Under the pieces are notes generated by a model. The model was not told where the DNA came from and did not search any database. It saw only the letters and a list, made by a program, of their open reading frames with translations. A stretch of 62,574 nt of DNA, counting the filler. It is 3 parts of 3 records of this genome, joined end to end, with 100 filler letters (N's around TTAATTAATTAA, not from the genome) between each part and the next. Parts side by side here need not be neighbours in the genome. Positions count along the whole stretch, not along the records: positions 1 to 22,973 come from SRR20825010_74; 2 more parts are not named here. One strand, given 5' to 3'. Numbering within the stretch: position 1 is the first letter of the stretch; each line of letters starts with the position of its first letter. Position numbers and translations under genes: made by a program. Shown here in pieces: positions 1-7,796 of this stretch.

Positions 1-2
1 CC

Positions 3-30
3 GTTTCGGGGAAGAATTCTTCCCCGAAAC
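3..30. terminator. Perfect 28-bp palindrome, probable terminator hairpin
   Basis: GTTTCGGGGAAG-AATT-CTTCCCCGAAAC, 54 nt downstream of the last gene of the minus-strand operon; any U-tract would be cut off by the window edge. Confidence 0.55.
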
Positions 31-84
31 AGACCACTTTAATGATAATTTTATGAATTTAGCGATATACTAAAATGGGTAAGG

Positions 85-978
85 CTACAATTGTTCAGGC
101 ACTATGACGGTCAAGGCTTTCTTTTCAATACCGATGAAAATGGTATTGTCCTCCACGGCATGGAACTCCCCATCAATCTGGGAATCAAAATGGGTACCTG
201 GGAGAGTTGACAGAGCTAGGGTCGTAGTTTGAAAATACCTTGCCTCCTTGAGCAAGTGCGGCCGGTTCATCAAGAGCAAGACACCCAACACCAACATTTT
301 GACCCTGTTGACCTTGGTAACGACCAACACATCCAAAAGTCCGTCCTGCAAGGATGCTTGGGGTGTAAGGCTCAGATGGTACCCCATCACATTGGTATTG
401 GAAACAAACACCAAAAAGGGGGTCGTCTTCCATTTCCTGCCATTCGCCTTTATTTCGATCTCCTGGGGTTTCGTCAATTGCTTTAAGGAGGTTATGCACG
501 CAGCCAGATACCCAGATAGGGTACGCCTATTGGACGATTCGTAATTCTTGATGACACTGGCATCAAAACCAACTCCCGTATTACTGAAAAAAAAGCGACC
601 GTTCATCCGCCCCACATCAATTTTGGTCATATGGGCATTCCGCAAAAGTCCCAGTGCCTCACACAAGTTCTTAGGGATATCGAGGTTGGAAGCCAAACCA
701 TTTCCGGAACCAAAAGGTATGATGCCCAAGGGGATGTTGGTTCCCACAAGACAGGAAGCCACCTCGTTTATGGTCCCATCTCCGCCGCAGGCCACTATAA
801 TATGGGCTCCTTCGTGCAAGGAAGCCTTGGTCAATTCCGTGGCATGCCCTGGATAATTGGAAATTTTAAGACATAAATCAAAGTGTTTCGCCTCAAAATA
901 CTGCGACAACAATACTTCGTTGATCGTGGAGTCGCCCTTGCCTGCAATGGGATTTACAATAAAATGGACATTCTTCAT
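85..978 (-). CDS. Diacylglycerol/lipid kinase family protein (DgkB/YegS-like)
   Basis: Motifs IVNPIAG, ACGGDGTINEV, PFGSGNGLA, QIDGE. Confidence 0.9.
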   Translation of the reverse strand: MKNVHFIVNPIAGKGDSTINEVLLSQYFEAKHFDLCLKISNYPGHATELTKASLHEGAHIIVACGGDGTINEVASCLVGTNIPLGIIPFGSGNGLASNLDIPKNLCEALGLLRNAHMTKIDVGRMNGRFFFSNTGVGFDASVIKNYESSNRRTLSGYLAACITSLKQLTKPQEIEIKANGRKWKTTPFLVFVSNTNVMGYHLSLTPQASLQDGLLDVLVVTKVNRVKMLVLGVLLLMNRPHLLKEARYFQTTTLALSTLPGTHFDSQIDGEFHAVEDNTIFIGIEKKALTVIVPEQL

Positions 979-2942
979 AGGTTTACTTTTAGATCCAGCC
1001 CATTATGGTTGTAGAGGTAATCGGCAAGTTGGTAATAGGAAATGGTCTCGTTTAAAAACGCAGTGTCCATTGGTTCTTTCGATAGGCTGTTATTTTTTTT
1101 GTCCCAGTTATATTGATTGGCGGTCTTTCCATCGCCCAACACCATCAATTCATCCTTCTTTAATAGGCCCAATTTTCTGTAATTGCCCACAAATGCACGT
1201 TGGTCTTCTGGTTTCATACTGAACACATCGCGACCAAAAAAATTGTTTTTATAGTTCCAGCCCAACAAGGAGAAGAGCGTTGGCATCACATCTATCTGGG
1301 AACATTGCCGGGTAATCTTATATCCTTTACCCCCTTCCAGATTTACAATAATGGCAGGGATGTGATAGTTGTCCACATCCAATTCCCACTTTCCTGCACT
1401 GCTTGCACAATGGTCTGCCATAATCACAATCACCGTGTTGTTATACCACGATTTGGCCTTGGCCTGTCTTAAGAATTGACCAATGGCGAAATCGGTATAT
1501 TTTACGGCCCCACTTCGCGATGTGCCCGAGGGGATATCGATTTTACCTTCTGGGTAGGTATAGGGTTTATGGTTGGATGTGGTCATGACAAAATCAAAAA
1601 AGGGAGTGCCCTGCTCTACAGATTTGTCCGCTTCATTCAAAACCTTATTGAAAATATCCTCATCACAAACGCCCCAAGCATTTTCAAAAGTGACCTCATC
1701 ATCTTCAATGTTTTTGCGTGAAGTGACAATATCCCGAGAGGGTAAAAATCCACGTCCTCGGTCCACAATGTCAAACCCATTACCACTGAAGAACTTGTCC
1801 ATATTGTCAAAATACCCATCGCCGCCATAAAAAAAGGTTCTACTGTACCCCTTTTCTTTGAAAACCTCACCGATGGTGAACAGGTTTTGGTTATGCTTGC
1901 GTTTTACAATGCTCCTGCCCGGAGTTGGGGGAATGCTCAAGGTAATGGCCTCCATGCCCCTCACGGTACGGGTGCCGGTGGCATACAGGTTAGAGAAATA
2001 GGTCTCCGCCTGTGCAATGGAATCCAAATTTGGGGTCAGCTGTTTTTTATTTCCGAAAATGCCCAGATAGTTGGCACTCAAACTCTCCACACAAATCAAG
2101 ATGATATTCGGTTTTTTTTCAACACCCCCTTTTATGGCGCGAAGAATATTGTCTTCGGGTTCCAGCAGACTGTCCAAAGGACCTGTTACCTGCTTTTGCA
2201 CCTTGTTAAGGGCTTCTTTTTCAGAAATGGTTTTGTAAAAATCGGTGTAGCTGAGCTCATTGTTCCGAAACGCTGCGAAGAAGGAATATATCCCTGCTTT
2301 CGAAAGCTCATTGTTATATCTGTTTTCTGAGGTTTCTGCAGAATCGTTATCAATGGAAGCGGTATAAAACGATACAACCAAAATAGCCGCCAAAAAAGGA
2401 ACCAACTTCACTTGAAATCCATCATGTGCCGAAAATACCTTTTTGAAAAACCCTTTACGTGCGAAAAGCCAAACTGTCGTTGTAACTAAAATGACCATAC
2501 CACCGATCAAAAGTGGTAAGGGATAGGATTCGTTAATGTTTTTGACCACTTCGTAGGTGTAGATGAGGTAATCCACCGCAATAAAATTGAACCGTCTTTG
2601 GAATTCATCCCAAAAGGTGATTTCGGCAAAAAAGGAAAAGTAAACAACGAGCAATGCCAGGGAGAACCCAAAGTAGACCAAGATTCTATCCAACAAAGAA
2701 CCATAAAACCGTTTGGGAAAGAACAAAAAATACAGGGAGGCCACTACGTAGAAAAATGACACTGTACCCAAATCAAAAAACAATCCTGTAAAAAATATCT
2801 TCAGCAAACTAAATAGGGAGTGTTCCACTTCCGTAAAATCCAGGATCAGAAAAGATAGTCGTATCAAAAATGACAGTGCCAAAAAAAGAAGGGCAAAGGC
2901 ATTGATCAGGGCGTAACGCGAGGGAAATAGTTTTAACTTCAT
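975..2942 (-). CDS. LTA-synthase family membrane sulfatase / phosphoglycerol transferase
   Basis: Five N-terminal TM segments, then an alkaline-phosphatase-fold domain (PNIILICVES, ATGTRTVRG, TTSNH, YTD, ADH). Confidence 0.85.
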   Translation of the reverse strand: MKLKLFPSRYALINAFALLFLALSFLIRLSFLILDFTEVEHSLFSLLKIFFTGLFFDLGTVSFFYVVASLYFLFFPKRFYGSLLDRILVYFGFSLALLVVYFSFFAEITFWDEFQRRFNFIAVDYLIYTYEVVKNINESYPLPLLIGGMVILVTTTVWLFARKGFFKKVFSAHDGFQVKLVPFLAAILVVSFYTASIDNDSAETSENRYNNELSKAGIYSFFAAFRNNELSYTDFYKTISEKEALNKVQKQVTGPLDSLLEPEDNILRAIKGGVEKKPNIILICVESLSANYLGIFGNKKQLTPNLDSIAQAETYFSNLYATGTRTVRGMEAITLSIPPTPGRSIVKRKHNQNLFTIGEVFKEKGYSRTFFYGGDGYFDNMDKFFSGNGFDIVDRGRGFLPSRDIVTSRKNIEDDEVTFENAWGVCDEDIFNKVLNEADKSVEQGTPFFDFVMTTSNHKPYTYPEGKIDIPSGTSRSGAVKYTDFAIGQFLRQAKAKSWYNNTVIVIMADHCASSAGKWELDVDNYHIPAIIVNLEGGKGYKITRQCSQIDVMPTLFSLLGWNYKNNFFGRDVFSMKPEDQRAFVGNYRKLGLLKKDELMVLGDGKTANQYNWDKKNNSLSKEPMDTAFLNETISYYQLADYLYNHNGLDLKVNL

Positions 2943-2995
2943 GGGTATTCCAATTAATTCAATATGTAAATGAGCTTTGTTTTATAGCTTACTCT

Positions 2996-4489
2996 CTAAT
3001 TCATTTCAAATTTGAATCCGAGACCAAAATAGTTGGCCTTTAGGCCCGTGGTCCGGTGGTAGTTGTTGTACTTCACATCAATGCTCTTCAATCCAAATCC
3101 CAAGGTCTTGAATTGGGTAAAAATGTCCGTATACGTGATTCCAAAACCAATCTGATGGGCGTCGTAAGCCGAAAGATCATAGTCTGAGGTATAATATTGA
3201 CTTGTGGACAAATGCTCATCAAAAGGAGCGAAATAATCTATCTGGTTCTGGGTGTAATAGCGATAGGATGGATAGAAGGTAAAATTCTGCCCTACTTTCA
3301 CCGGGATTTCCACACTCGCTGTATGCGACTGCAATCCCCAGTCATCAAAATAGTAGCGATAATAGGTGCGAACCGTCAAAATCTCATTGATATAATGATT
3401 CAAACGGATGCCCACGGGTATTTTGAACCGGGTATCGGGCAGTCGTTCCATATCATCGGCCAACATAAACACATCCCTGTTCTCTGCAGAGGTGTAGAAC
3501 GGAATACTGGCAGGATTTCCAATAAAATAGTTGGGTACATCGGCAAAATAGACCCGCTGCATGGGGTTAGAGAGCCATCCCTGCTGTTGGACCACATCGG
3601 CGAAGATTGAAATTTGGGTGTTCTTGCCCAATATCTGCGACAAAGAGACCGACAATGCGAAACTGTTCCGCTTTTTGTCCGAAATCAAACTGAAATTCTC
3701 CACAGGACGCCAAGTCAATGAACCACTCTTATTGGTAACCAATCCATTTCTATTCAAAATATCCACTCCAGAAAAGAAGCCGGCGTTCAAATTGCCATCC
3801 ACTTCCACATAGCTGTCCAATTCAGTAGGGTATCTAGGATTCCATTGGTCCAAAAACACACTACCCTTGAGGCTTAGCTCCGTATTTTTTTCGTTGAAAA
3901 GTCGCGTATACCCTCCACCAAAACCAATGGAGGTATAATCATACTCCGTGGCAAAAGACACATTGCCACTCACTATTTGATCACGGTCTTCCGAACTATG
4001 GGAATACCCAATATTAACACTGCCCCAAGTATCCTGTCGGGATGCGCCGGAAGAGGCCACCCACGGACTTCCAATAGCACCGGAATAGCTTCCTCCATTG
4101 TTGTCGTCATCCTCTTCGTCGTCGTCATCTCCGCCACCACCTCCACCGCCACCGCTGGAAGCTCCGCTTAAACCACCGGAACCAGTTACGTCAAACGGGT
4201 TTAAATTGCTGGAAGAGGCAGAAGTGTATGTTGAAATGCCCACATCTACACTCAGCACATCGTCGTCATTTAATGGAACGCTCACCACAATGGATGGTGC
4301 CACATCCGTAAGCCGCTCATTTCCGATACCACCGGTAACGGATGCATTGTTTCCAGTTTGTTCATAGTAACTGGAGAGGATATCCACTTCGGTGGTTTCC
4401 AAGACCCGTTTTTTATAGGAGTTGACATTTTCCTGTTGGGCCATCCCAAGCATTGGGATACATAAAAGTATTAGCCAAAATCTATTCAT
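2996..4489 (-). CDS. DUF3570-type outer-membrane protein, putative flavinylation substrate
   Basis: Start reassigned to MNRFWLILLC (signal peptide). Contains TSAS/SGAS motifs, ERLPDTR and a beta-barrel-like aromatic C-terminus; context apbE-DUF4266. Confidence 0.75.
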   Translation of the reverse strand: MNRFWLILLCIPMLGMAQQENVNSYKKRVLETTEVDILSSYYEQTGNNASVTGGIGNERLTDVAPSIVVSVPLNDDDVLSVDVGISTYTSASSSNLNPFDVTGSGGLSGASSGGGGGGGGDDDDEEDDDNNGGSYSGAIGSPWVASSGASRQDTWGSVNIGYSHSSEDRDQIVSGNVSFATEYDYTSIGFGGGYTRLFNEKNTELSLKGSVFLDQWNPRYPTELDSYVEVDGNLNAGFFSGVDILNRNGLVTNKSGSLTWRPVENFSLISDKKRNSFALSVSLSQILGKNTQISIFADVVQQQGWLSNPMQRVYFADVPNYFIGNPASIPFYTSAENRDVFMLADDMERLPDTRFKIPVGIRLNHYINEILTVRTYYRYYFDDWGLQSHTASVEIPVKVGQNFTFYPSYRYYTQNQIDYFAPFDEHLSTSQYYTSDYDLSAYDAHQIGFGITYTDIFTQFKTLGFGLKSIDVKYNNYHRTTGLKANYFGLGFKFEMN

Positions 4490-4496
4490 GCTCTTG

Positions 4497-4706
4497 TTAA
4501 TTGCAACCACAACCGCCTCCTGTTTTTCCTCCATTTCCGCCAGAAGCACCCTCCCGGTATACTTGATAACTCGTCTCAAATTTTGCCAGTTTCTTATCCG
4601 CCAAAACCATGTCTGGATCATTGATGTTGACCTTTTCATACTCGTGCAGGACCGCACAAGACGACAGGCTTAACAAACTGTATAGGGCAATTGCTATTTT
4701 CTTCAT
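4497..4706 (-). CDS. DUF4266-type small lipoprotein
   Basis: Lipobox LSSC; C-terminal REGASGG...GGGCGCN. Confidence 0.85.
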   Translation of the reverse strand: MKKIAIALYSLLSLSSCAVLHEYEKVNINDPDMVLADKKLAKFETSYQVYREGASGGNGGKTGGGCGCN

Positions 4707-4714
4707 AGTTGGGT

Positions 4715-5746
4715 TTATCTACTTTGGGTTTCCACGCCTTTCAAGGCAATATTTTTGGAAGTGATGATTTTATTATTGTCGTCCACTAGGATACATTCCA
4801 CGCCTTTTAATTGATTCACGAAATCCAAGCCGGTATCCACGCCCATCACAAAAATTGAGGTGGCAAGGGCATCGGCCAATTCAGCATTTGCCGTAAAAAT
4901 GGTGGCGCTCCGCACTCCTTTGCTGGGATAGCCTGTTCTTGGGTCGATGATATGGGTATAGCGTTCCCCGTTTAGAATGACGAACTTCTCATAATTACCA
5001 GATGTCACCACCGCTTGGTCCTTTACCGGCAACCAAGAGAAGACCTTATCCTTGTTGAGCGGGTTTACGATGGCCACCATCCAATCCTTGCCATCGGGTT
5101 GTGCGCCCCACGCATTTAAATCGCCAGAGGCATTGATGATTCCAGAGGCAACCCCATTTTTCACGAGTAATGCCTTGGCCCTATCCGCTGCATATCCCTT
5201 TCCAATGGCTCCGAATCCAATCTTCATGCCTTCATTCTTCAGGAATACGGTCCCATTTTCTTGATTCAAGACAATATTTTGATACCCCACTTTGGCAACG
5301 GATTGCCTTATGGCTTCCTCCGAAGGCATTTTCATGACGGAACCGTCAAATTTCCAGATGCGGTCCATGGAAGCATAGCTGATATCGAATGCCCCTTGGG
5401 TCAATTTTGATATTTTGATGGCCCTTGCAATCAGATTGAAAAGTTCTTGGTCCACTTTCACAGGAGCCACTCCAGCGTTTTGATTGATTTTAGAGGTCTG
5501 CGAATTGGGGTCCCAAGACGAAATCAAGCGCTCAATTCTTGAAATCTCAGCAATCGCCATGTCTAAATAAGCATCGCCCTTGGTTTGATTTTCGGTTACC
5601 ACGGTAAGGTCAAACCGGCTACCCATCAATTTTAGGGTACGCTGAAAGACTTGGAGCTGAGTTCCATCATCAATCCCTTGGGAATACCCAGAAATCACAA
5701 AAAGGAAAAGGGTCGCACTCAATAAAAATCGATTTATCTTAGGCAT
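4715..5746 (-). CDS. apbE: FAD:protein FMN transferase ApbE
   Basis: LMGS, GAFDIS, FGAIGKGYAAD, VTSGNYE, HIIDPRTG, ADALAT. Confidence 0.95.
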   Translation of the reverse strand: MPKINRFLLSATLFLFVISGYSQGIDDGTQLQVFQRTLKLMGSRFDLTVVTENQTKGDAYLDMAIAEISRIERLISSWDPNSQTSKINQNAGVAPVKVDQELFNLIARAIKISKLTQGAFDISYASMDRIWKFDGSVMKMPSEEAIRQSVAKVGYQNIVLNQENGTVFLKNEGMKIGFGAIGKGYAADRAKALLVKNGVASGIINASGDLNAWGAQPDGKDWMVAIVNPLNKDKVFSWLPVKDQAVVTSGNYEKFVILNGERYTHIIDPRTGYPSKGVRSATIFTANAELADALATSIFVMGVDTGLDFVNQLKGVECILVDDNNKIITSKNIALKGVETQSR

Positions 5747-5756
5747 CTTCAGATTA

Positions 5757-6200
5757 TTAGAAGGCGTTCAACTTGTTGAAGTAGGCTTTTGGTGTAGTTT
5801 TTTCATACCCAGCTTCGCCCAACACCTTTCCAGAAGCATCCAACACCACCACAAAAGGGAAGTATCCATTAGGGTTGTATTTGGAAGCCAACATTTTGTT
5901 GTGCTCCTCTTGTGCTTCGGGCAATCTGTTTTTCTGCTTTCTGGGGAAATCGGCCTTGAGCATCACAAATCGGTCCTTGGCCAAATTTTGGAATTCATCG
6001 GTACTCCAAACCTCGCGATCCAACTTAATGCAAGGCGCACACCAGTCAGAACCTTGAAAGACCAAAACAATATTATTATCGTTCTTTTGGGCCAAGTCTT
6101 TGGCCTTTTCAAAATTGATTTGCCACTCTTGGGCCGAAAGATTTTGTATCAGTAAAAAACAGCCTATCATCAAGGCTGTCAACCATTTTTTGCAATGCAT
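5757..6200 (-). CDS. Periplasmic thioredoxin-family protein
   Basis: Signal peptide; FQGSDWCAPC (CxxC) and a cis-Pro YFP loop. Confidence 0.9.
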   Translation of the reverse strand: MHCKKWLTALMIGCFLLIQNLSAQEWQINFEKAKDLAQKNDNNIVLVFQGSDWCAPCIKLDREVWSTDEFQNLAKDRFVMLKADFPRKQKNRLPEAQEEHNKMLASKYNPNGYFPFVVVLDASGKVLGEAGYEKTTPKAYFNKLNAF

Positions 6201-6233
6201 AGTTCAGATGTTAAAATTCTTTTTCATTACTAA

Positions 6234-6260
6234 GACAGGCAAAAAACCATACACCCTATT
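6234..6260 (-). promoter_or_regulatory. Putative ECF sigma promoter for the thioredoxin-apbE operon
   Basis: AATAGGGTG-N13-CTGTC on the minus strand, identical boxes and spacing to 6831-6857. Confidence 0.7.
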
Positions 6261-6310
6261 TTTTCTAATTATTTTTGTGCCTTATAAAATAGTTTCGCCC
6301 TAATCAGCAC

Positions 6311-6832
6311 ATGACAGAGGAAGAACCATCCATTTGCGAGCAAAAAATCTACAATCGAATTTTTCGCACCCATTATGCGGCGGTGACCCGATACATTTAT
6401 TATAAATGTGGCGATCTGCAACAGGCGGAGGACATTGTTCAAAATGTTTTTGTAAAGCTTTGGAAATTGTGTGCCACCGTTTCCTTTTCCAAAGTGAAGG
6501 CGTACCTCTACCGCGCGGCCAACAACTCATTTCTTAATGAAAAAGAGCATGAAAAAATCGTAGTAAAGCACTTAAAAAGTACCAATGCTTCCGTGGACCA
6601 TGAAAGTCCGGAATATTTGATGCAGATGGACGAGTTCCATGAAAAACTGAAGCAGGCCATTGCCTCTTTGCCTCCAAAAGAAAGGGAAGTGTATCTATTG
6701 AGCCGAATAGAAAAGAAAACCTATCCCGAAATTGCCGAAATGACCGGGGTCGGTGTAAAGGCCATTGAACGAAGAATGGGCAAAGCTTTGCTTCAACTCC
6801 GTGAAGTTTTGGGAAAAGAATTAAAATTTTAA
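6311..6832 (+). CDS. ECF RNA polymerase sigma-70 factor
   Basis: AEDIVQNVFVKLW (region 2) and SLPPKEREVY...EIAEMTGV (region 4); upstream of fecR. Confidence 0.92.
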   Translation: MTEEEPSICEQKIYNRIFRTHYAAVTRYIYYKCGDLQQAEDIVQNVFVKLWKLCATVSFSKVKAYLYRAANNSFLNEKEHEKIVVKHLKSTNASVDHESPEYLMQMDEFHEKLKQAIASLPPKEREVYLLSRIEKKTYPEIAEMTGVGVKAIERRMGKALLQLREVLGKELKF

Positions 6833-6857
6833 TAGGGTGAAAAAGAAATCAACTGTC
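6831..6857 (+). promoter_or_regulatory. Putative ECF sigma promoter for fecR-TBDR
   Basis: AATAGGGTG-N13-CTGTC between the sigma stop codon and the fecR start. Confidence 0.7.
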
Positions 6858-6875
6858 CTATAAATAAGAGCGATT

Positions 6876-7796
6876 ATGCCTATGGATGAAAATTACGCCA
6901 ACGAAGATTTTTTGGCCCGATGGATTGCCGGAGCGTTGACTCCGGAGGAACAGGCAGGGTTCGAGGCATCCGATGTCCACAAGCAACTTATGGCTATTGA
7001 TAATGCTGCCAGCTCGCTTAATGGCCCAGACATAGATGTGGAAAAGGCATTGGCTTTGGTGATAGAAAAAAATCAAAACGTCCAAAAAGAATCCAAGGTA
7101 AGACGCTTATGGTGGGTGGCAGCAGCGGCTGCATCCATTGCATTGTTATTTGCCGGGTACACCTATTTCTTCGGATATAAAACCTATTCCACTAGTATTG
7201 GCGAAAAAGAGACCGTACTTCTTGCGGATGGCTCTCTAATTGAGCTAAATGCCAATTCCAAATTATCCTACAAGCGATTTGGTTGGGAGGAAGACCGCAT
7301 CGTGGATTTTGAAGGGGAAGCTTTTTTTGATGTACAACCCGGTGGGGATTTCAAGGTAAGGATCAGCAAAGGAACAGTTTCCGTATTGGGCACCCAATTC
7401 AACGTACGGGACCGGAAAGATTTCAAAGTGCAATGCTATGAAGGTGCCATTATCTTCACGCCATTGACCAAGTCCAACCCCACCGAACTCTCGCAAGGAA
7501 TGATGCTTGAAATTAAAGAAGGTCAAATTCAGCAAACGGAATTTTCTGGTGATGCTCCCGATTGGAAAAAAGGGTATTCATCTTTTGTAGAACAGCCTTT
7601 TTCAACAGTTCTGGAGGAACTTTCCGTTCAATTTCCGGTTACTTTTGAGCTAAACTCCGTGCAAACAGACCGACTTTTCACTGGAAGATTTACGCATAAG
7701 AATCTTGAAAGCGCCCTTAAGGCTACCATGGAACCCATGGGCATCAAATATCATATTTCGGCAGACAAAAGAATTGTTACCTTGTCTGGTGAATAG
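6876..7796 (+). CDS. fecR: FecR-family anti-sigma factor
   Basis: Single TM, LADGSLIELNANS, GEAFFDV, VLGTQFNV, FTGRF. Confidence 0.92.
   Translation: MPMDENYANEDFLARWIAGALTPEEQAGFEASDVHKQLMAIDNAASSLNGPDIDVEKALALVIEKNQNVQKESKVRRLWWVAAAAASIALLFAGYTYFFGYKTYSTSIGEKETVLLADGSLIELNANSKLSYKRFGWEEDRIVDFEGEAFFDVQPGGDFKVRISKGTVSVLGTQFNVRDRKDFKVQCYEGAIIFTPLTKSNPTELSQGMMLEIKEGQIQQTEFSGDAPDWKKGYSSFVEQPFSTVLEELSVQFPVTFELNSVQTDRLFTGRFTHKNLESALKATMEPMGIKYHISADKRIVTLSGE

Noticed and set aside
4490-4657. N-terminal 56 aa of the 553-aa ORF 2996..4657
   Set aside because: Overlaps the DUF4266 gene in another frame; the real start with a signal peptide is at 4489
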